From Psammoneis japonica (lineage: Eukaryota), in contig QPGO01000039.1 of the NCBI GenBank assembly GCA_008632985.1, positions 372,001-436,000 of the forward strand: 64,000 bases of DNA, given 5' to 3'. The notes under the pieces were generated by a model that was not told the origin of the DNA, did not search any database, and was given only the letters and a program-made list of their open reading frames with translations. Positions 60,761-64,000 of this stretch are shown piece after piece. A program made the translations under genes and the position numbers. Position 1 is the first letter of the stretch. Every line of letters begins with the position of its first letter.

Positions 60761-62647
60761 CTACACCTTCTCCATCGAATCGATTTTACATCGACGAAAC
60801 ACCTCTCCCTGCGATCGCAGCCACCTGCATTCAAGGGCTTTTTGTATTGCAACCCATTCAGGCAGGTCAAACCTTCCGCCCATTTCAGTTGGCAACATAT
60901 TTTGGAAAAGGCCATAGTCTCTTGCCAAGACTGTGGGAAGCTCATTCTCCGCTGCATCATGAATGATGATGCGCTGCCGTTCTCTTTTGTCACAGACAGC
61001 GAAGGCTATAGGCTTGACGAAATATAGCATTACCCATGAGGAACAACAGACATGAATCGCATTCAGACGAACAGGCATAATGCTTTTTTCCAGTTCCACT
61101 ACTTGCTGCTGGAATCTTCGATCGTAGTCCCAGATCGTCGAGTTCTTTCCCAATCAAGGATGACAAAATCAGCTTGCTTGCCCCGATTCTCCCTCACAAT
61201 TATCTCAAGCACATACCAATACGCTCGTAGCTTCCAGAAAGGGATGACCACTAGTGAGCTCCCTATCAAGAACATTAACCAAGACAACAAACTGCCAGGC
61301 ACAGATCTACTCACCATACTATCCAGAGTGTGCTTACCGGGGTTTCGACGAGACTGCTCCATAAAGATCAAACTCCTTCCCGATGCATCACGGAATGGTA
61401 GATAGCAAAACATGCAAGCCTCGACGGTTTCCAAATCATCACGCAATGCACCACTCAACGTCATGCTCATGGTATATTTTTCCTGTCCAAACAACAGACG
61501 TCGCTCTGACCAGTAAGTCACAAAGCGTTGTGCAGCTCGCTTCGAAATGAAAATGAAGGCCGTGAGATACCATTGCAAAAAAGAAAAAATACACAGCAAA
61601 AAAGCATACCTGAGGATCCATGTCTTCTCGATATAGAAATTGTGTAAGCCGATCGTCGCTAAACTCGCGCATGTCAGCCTTGCATTGAGCTTCCAAAACC
61701 GATGACTTCTTTTCGGCAGGGAAGCGATCTAATTCAAGTCGCATGTCTTTCAAGAGAGAGTCTATAGAGGCGGGAGTAGGTCCTTTCACGCGTTTTTTCG
61801 CAGGTGCGCTGATATGTAAGGATTTTCCGAAAAGGTCTTGAAACAGGGAAACCCGTTCTTCTTCCGTCAGTGATTCCTTTTCGCTTCTGATTTCTTCTTC
61901 TGTAAACTTCGGAGCGTCCTCCATAACCACTACGTTCCACAAATCTTCCGCTGTTCCAGCTTCATCGTCGAGTCTCTCGTTTTCCACCGGAAAAGGGTTT
62001 ACATCAACATCGTTAGTATTCCAGTTTTCAGGATTTGATACGATGGGCTGAATCAACGGAGAGTGCGCTTTCACCGCCACTTCTTTTTGACCCGGTTCCT
62101 CGCTTTCCATTCCTGAAGTTTCTGATTCTGATCGTGAAGAGCTGACAGTGTCAGCCGAGAAGACTGGCATTGGCATGTTTTGATTTCCCATAGCGACGCG
62201 TTCTTCATCTGAACCACATTTGCCCATAGACGTGATACTCAAAGGATTCCTTTCCAAGTTCGATTGTCCACTTCGAGAGCCATCCCGTAGAGATTGCTTA
62301 ATTTTTCCCAGAGCACTGCTGCTGTCCATTTCTTGCCAGACATTGGCACAATCGCCATCATCATTCTCAACAAACCCGTTCTCCTTTGCTTCTTTCTCCG
62401 TTAACATCTGCAGAAACCTTCCCGGTGGATCTAATGCACGTATAGAATCGATAATTTTGTATGAGACAACATTCTTGGTCTCTCGACTGGTCGTTGAGCA
62501 ATACTCTTTTCTGAAGAACTGGCAAATATCACGAAACTGCTTCGAGCCACTGTGATCTCGACATGGGATACCGCGACCGAAAAGCACATCATTCTTATTC
62601 GGCTCTCGAATGAACCTGGGTTGCGTCCCTTCGCCTTCTTCGGACAT
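60761..62647 (-). CDS. Protein with an N-terminal NDVLFGRG (DUF6824-like) domain and a C-terminal CRAL-TRIO-like domain
   Basis: PNKNDVLFGRG...PPGRFL...KIKQSLRD; QFLYRED...AAQRFVTYW, LPTEMGG; introns 61540-61609 and 61231-61314; -1 frameshift near 61146. Confidence 0.75.
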
Positions 62648-63079
62648 CACGCTTTTAGGTACTAGTATGGCTTTGGAGGGGAATGTGGAGCGTCTGCGTC
62701 GTATCTCGCATCTTCTGAGCAAGGTACAGATCTTCGTGCAAACGCGTCGCGTCGTTTTTAGAAAAAGGAAGTGCTGGTTGCTGGTGCGTGGTGCTGAACG
62801 TTTCGCTATTTTCCGACTTTACTTTTTTGTTCGTTCGTGAAAAAAGTTTATACTCTACGTACTAAAAGATCGCTTCTCTACTGGACTTTATCATACAGTA
62901 CGTACAGTACAGTGGGGCCCTATCTAGATTAGAGAGGACAAAATTTCACGCTGAATCGAATGGGCCACTCTGATCTTCTGAAAATTGAGTCTTGGGAGTA
63001 TGTATCCTTTTGAGCAGGTCAATTATTTTCCCGCCAAAATACTTAATTAATTTAATTCAGCCGTTAAGTCTTGTAACAG

Positions 63080-63740
63080 CAGGTGCGTCGACCGACGAAA
63101 CCTCCAGACAACAATGTTGCAGGTGCAAACTGGTGGATGGCGTCACCTTCTTTGCTGCACCGCAGCTGGGAAGCTGTCGCGAAACGGACAGCAGCTGGCT
63201 CTCCACCTGGCTGCTCAAGAGAGCAGCTGGTCTGGAGCAGAGAGTGGACAAGCTCTGCAGTGGATGACCTGCAGCACTTCGCGTTGTGCAGCCATCCCAA
63301 GCGGGCTGTCACCGAGGGATTGGTGCAGGAAACACTGGGTTTTCCTGACGCATTGTCTTCAAACGTCGTTGCAACAATGTTGAAGGGCACCAGACAATGG
63401 TGCTGGTGGAGTCACATTTTTTGAGGTTTTTTAGCTGAGTCTGACCCACTTGCACGGATTGACAGCAAGCACACATGTCAAAGTGTCGCAAGGCAATGTG
63501 GTCAGAGTGCCCAGGTCGATGCCGACTGGCGCTGTCACTTGACACTTCAGGGGTGCACACAAGATGCCCACCAAGCTCCAGAGCAGATGGGTTGAGGCAA
63601 GCTGTTTTGTGCTCATGACAAAACAGGCCTGCACAGCCAACAAAGATTTGAGGCTTCTTGATGCCCAAGAAGTTGGGCAGCGCGCTGAGCACAAAACATC
63701 TGTGACACCAACAATCCAGGTGTCGCACTAGCCGTCAAGA
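63080..63740. mobile_element. TpA-depleted (partly CpG-depleted) decayed sequence
   Basis: TA nearly absent; CG retained in the left part. Confidence 0.35.
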
Positions 63741-64000
63741 TTTCTTGAAATAAAACCCAACATTTTCTCCCTTTAATCCAAGATCGTGCTGATTTGACAA
63801 GTCAGCTTTTCTGAAACATTCAACAACAAACATCTGTGTTCCTCAGCTCAACTGTTTGCCCCCCCATCCGACAAGCCTTGTGTGTGTGTTTGGTTCTATT
63901 TTAATTTCTGGATTGTGCATTAATTGGCTTTCTGGATCAAAATCGTCGCCTGCATCCATCAATCTAGATTCTAATTGTTTTCTCAATTTTCTCTCCCTGC

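Noticed and set aside
1850..61150. Programmed ribosomal frameshifting at the gene breaks
   Set aside because: No shared slippery motif, unrelated genes are affected, and assembly deletion is the simpler explanation.

Overview
Eukaryotic nuclear DNA, most likely a diatom (inferred from short GT-AG introns, an ASAFAP-type plastid presequence and diatom-typical families such as the NDVLFGRG domain). About 19 ordinary genes, a TLC-domain pseudogene and a tRNA-Gln(CTG) alternate with about seven sharply bounded blocks (approx. 3.1-4.8, 9.75-16.0, 18.65-20.7, 25.4-26.4, 26.8-28.6, 58.3-60.2 and 63.1-63.7 kb) almost free of both TpA and CpG and rich in TpG/CpA. The largest block holds a decayed ~4.4 kb element bracketed by inverted repeats, with convergent genes: an XPG/Exo1-type 5' nuclease plus SWIM finger (+) and a PIF/Harbinger-ISL2EU-like DDE transposase (-). 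In its conserved motifs Tyr is replaced by His or Cys, i.e. TpA->CpA/TpG. This suggests a repeat-targeted A:T->G:C mutational process opposite in direction to fungal RIP, acting on top of CpG decay, and it is the best candidate for an undescribed system here. Several otherwise intact genes carry single-base frameshifts that look like assembly errors. Family calls are from recalled motifs; no database search or dinucleotide count was run.
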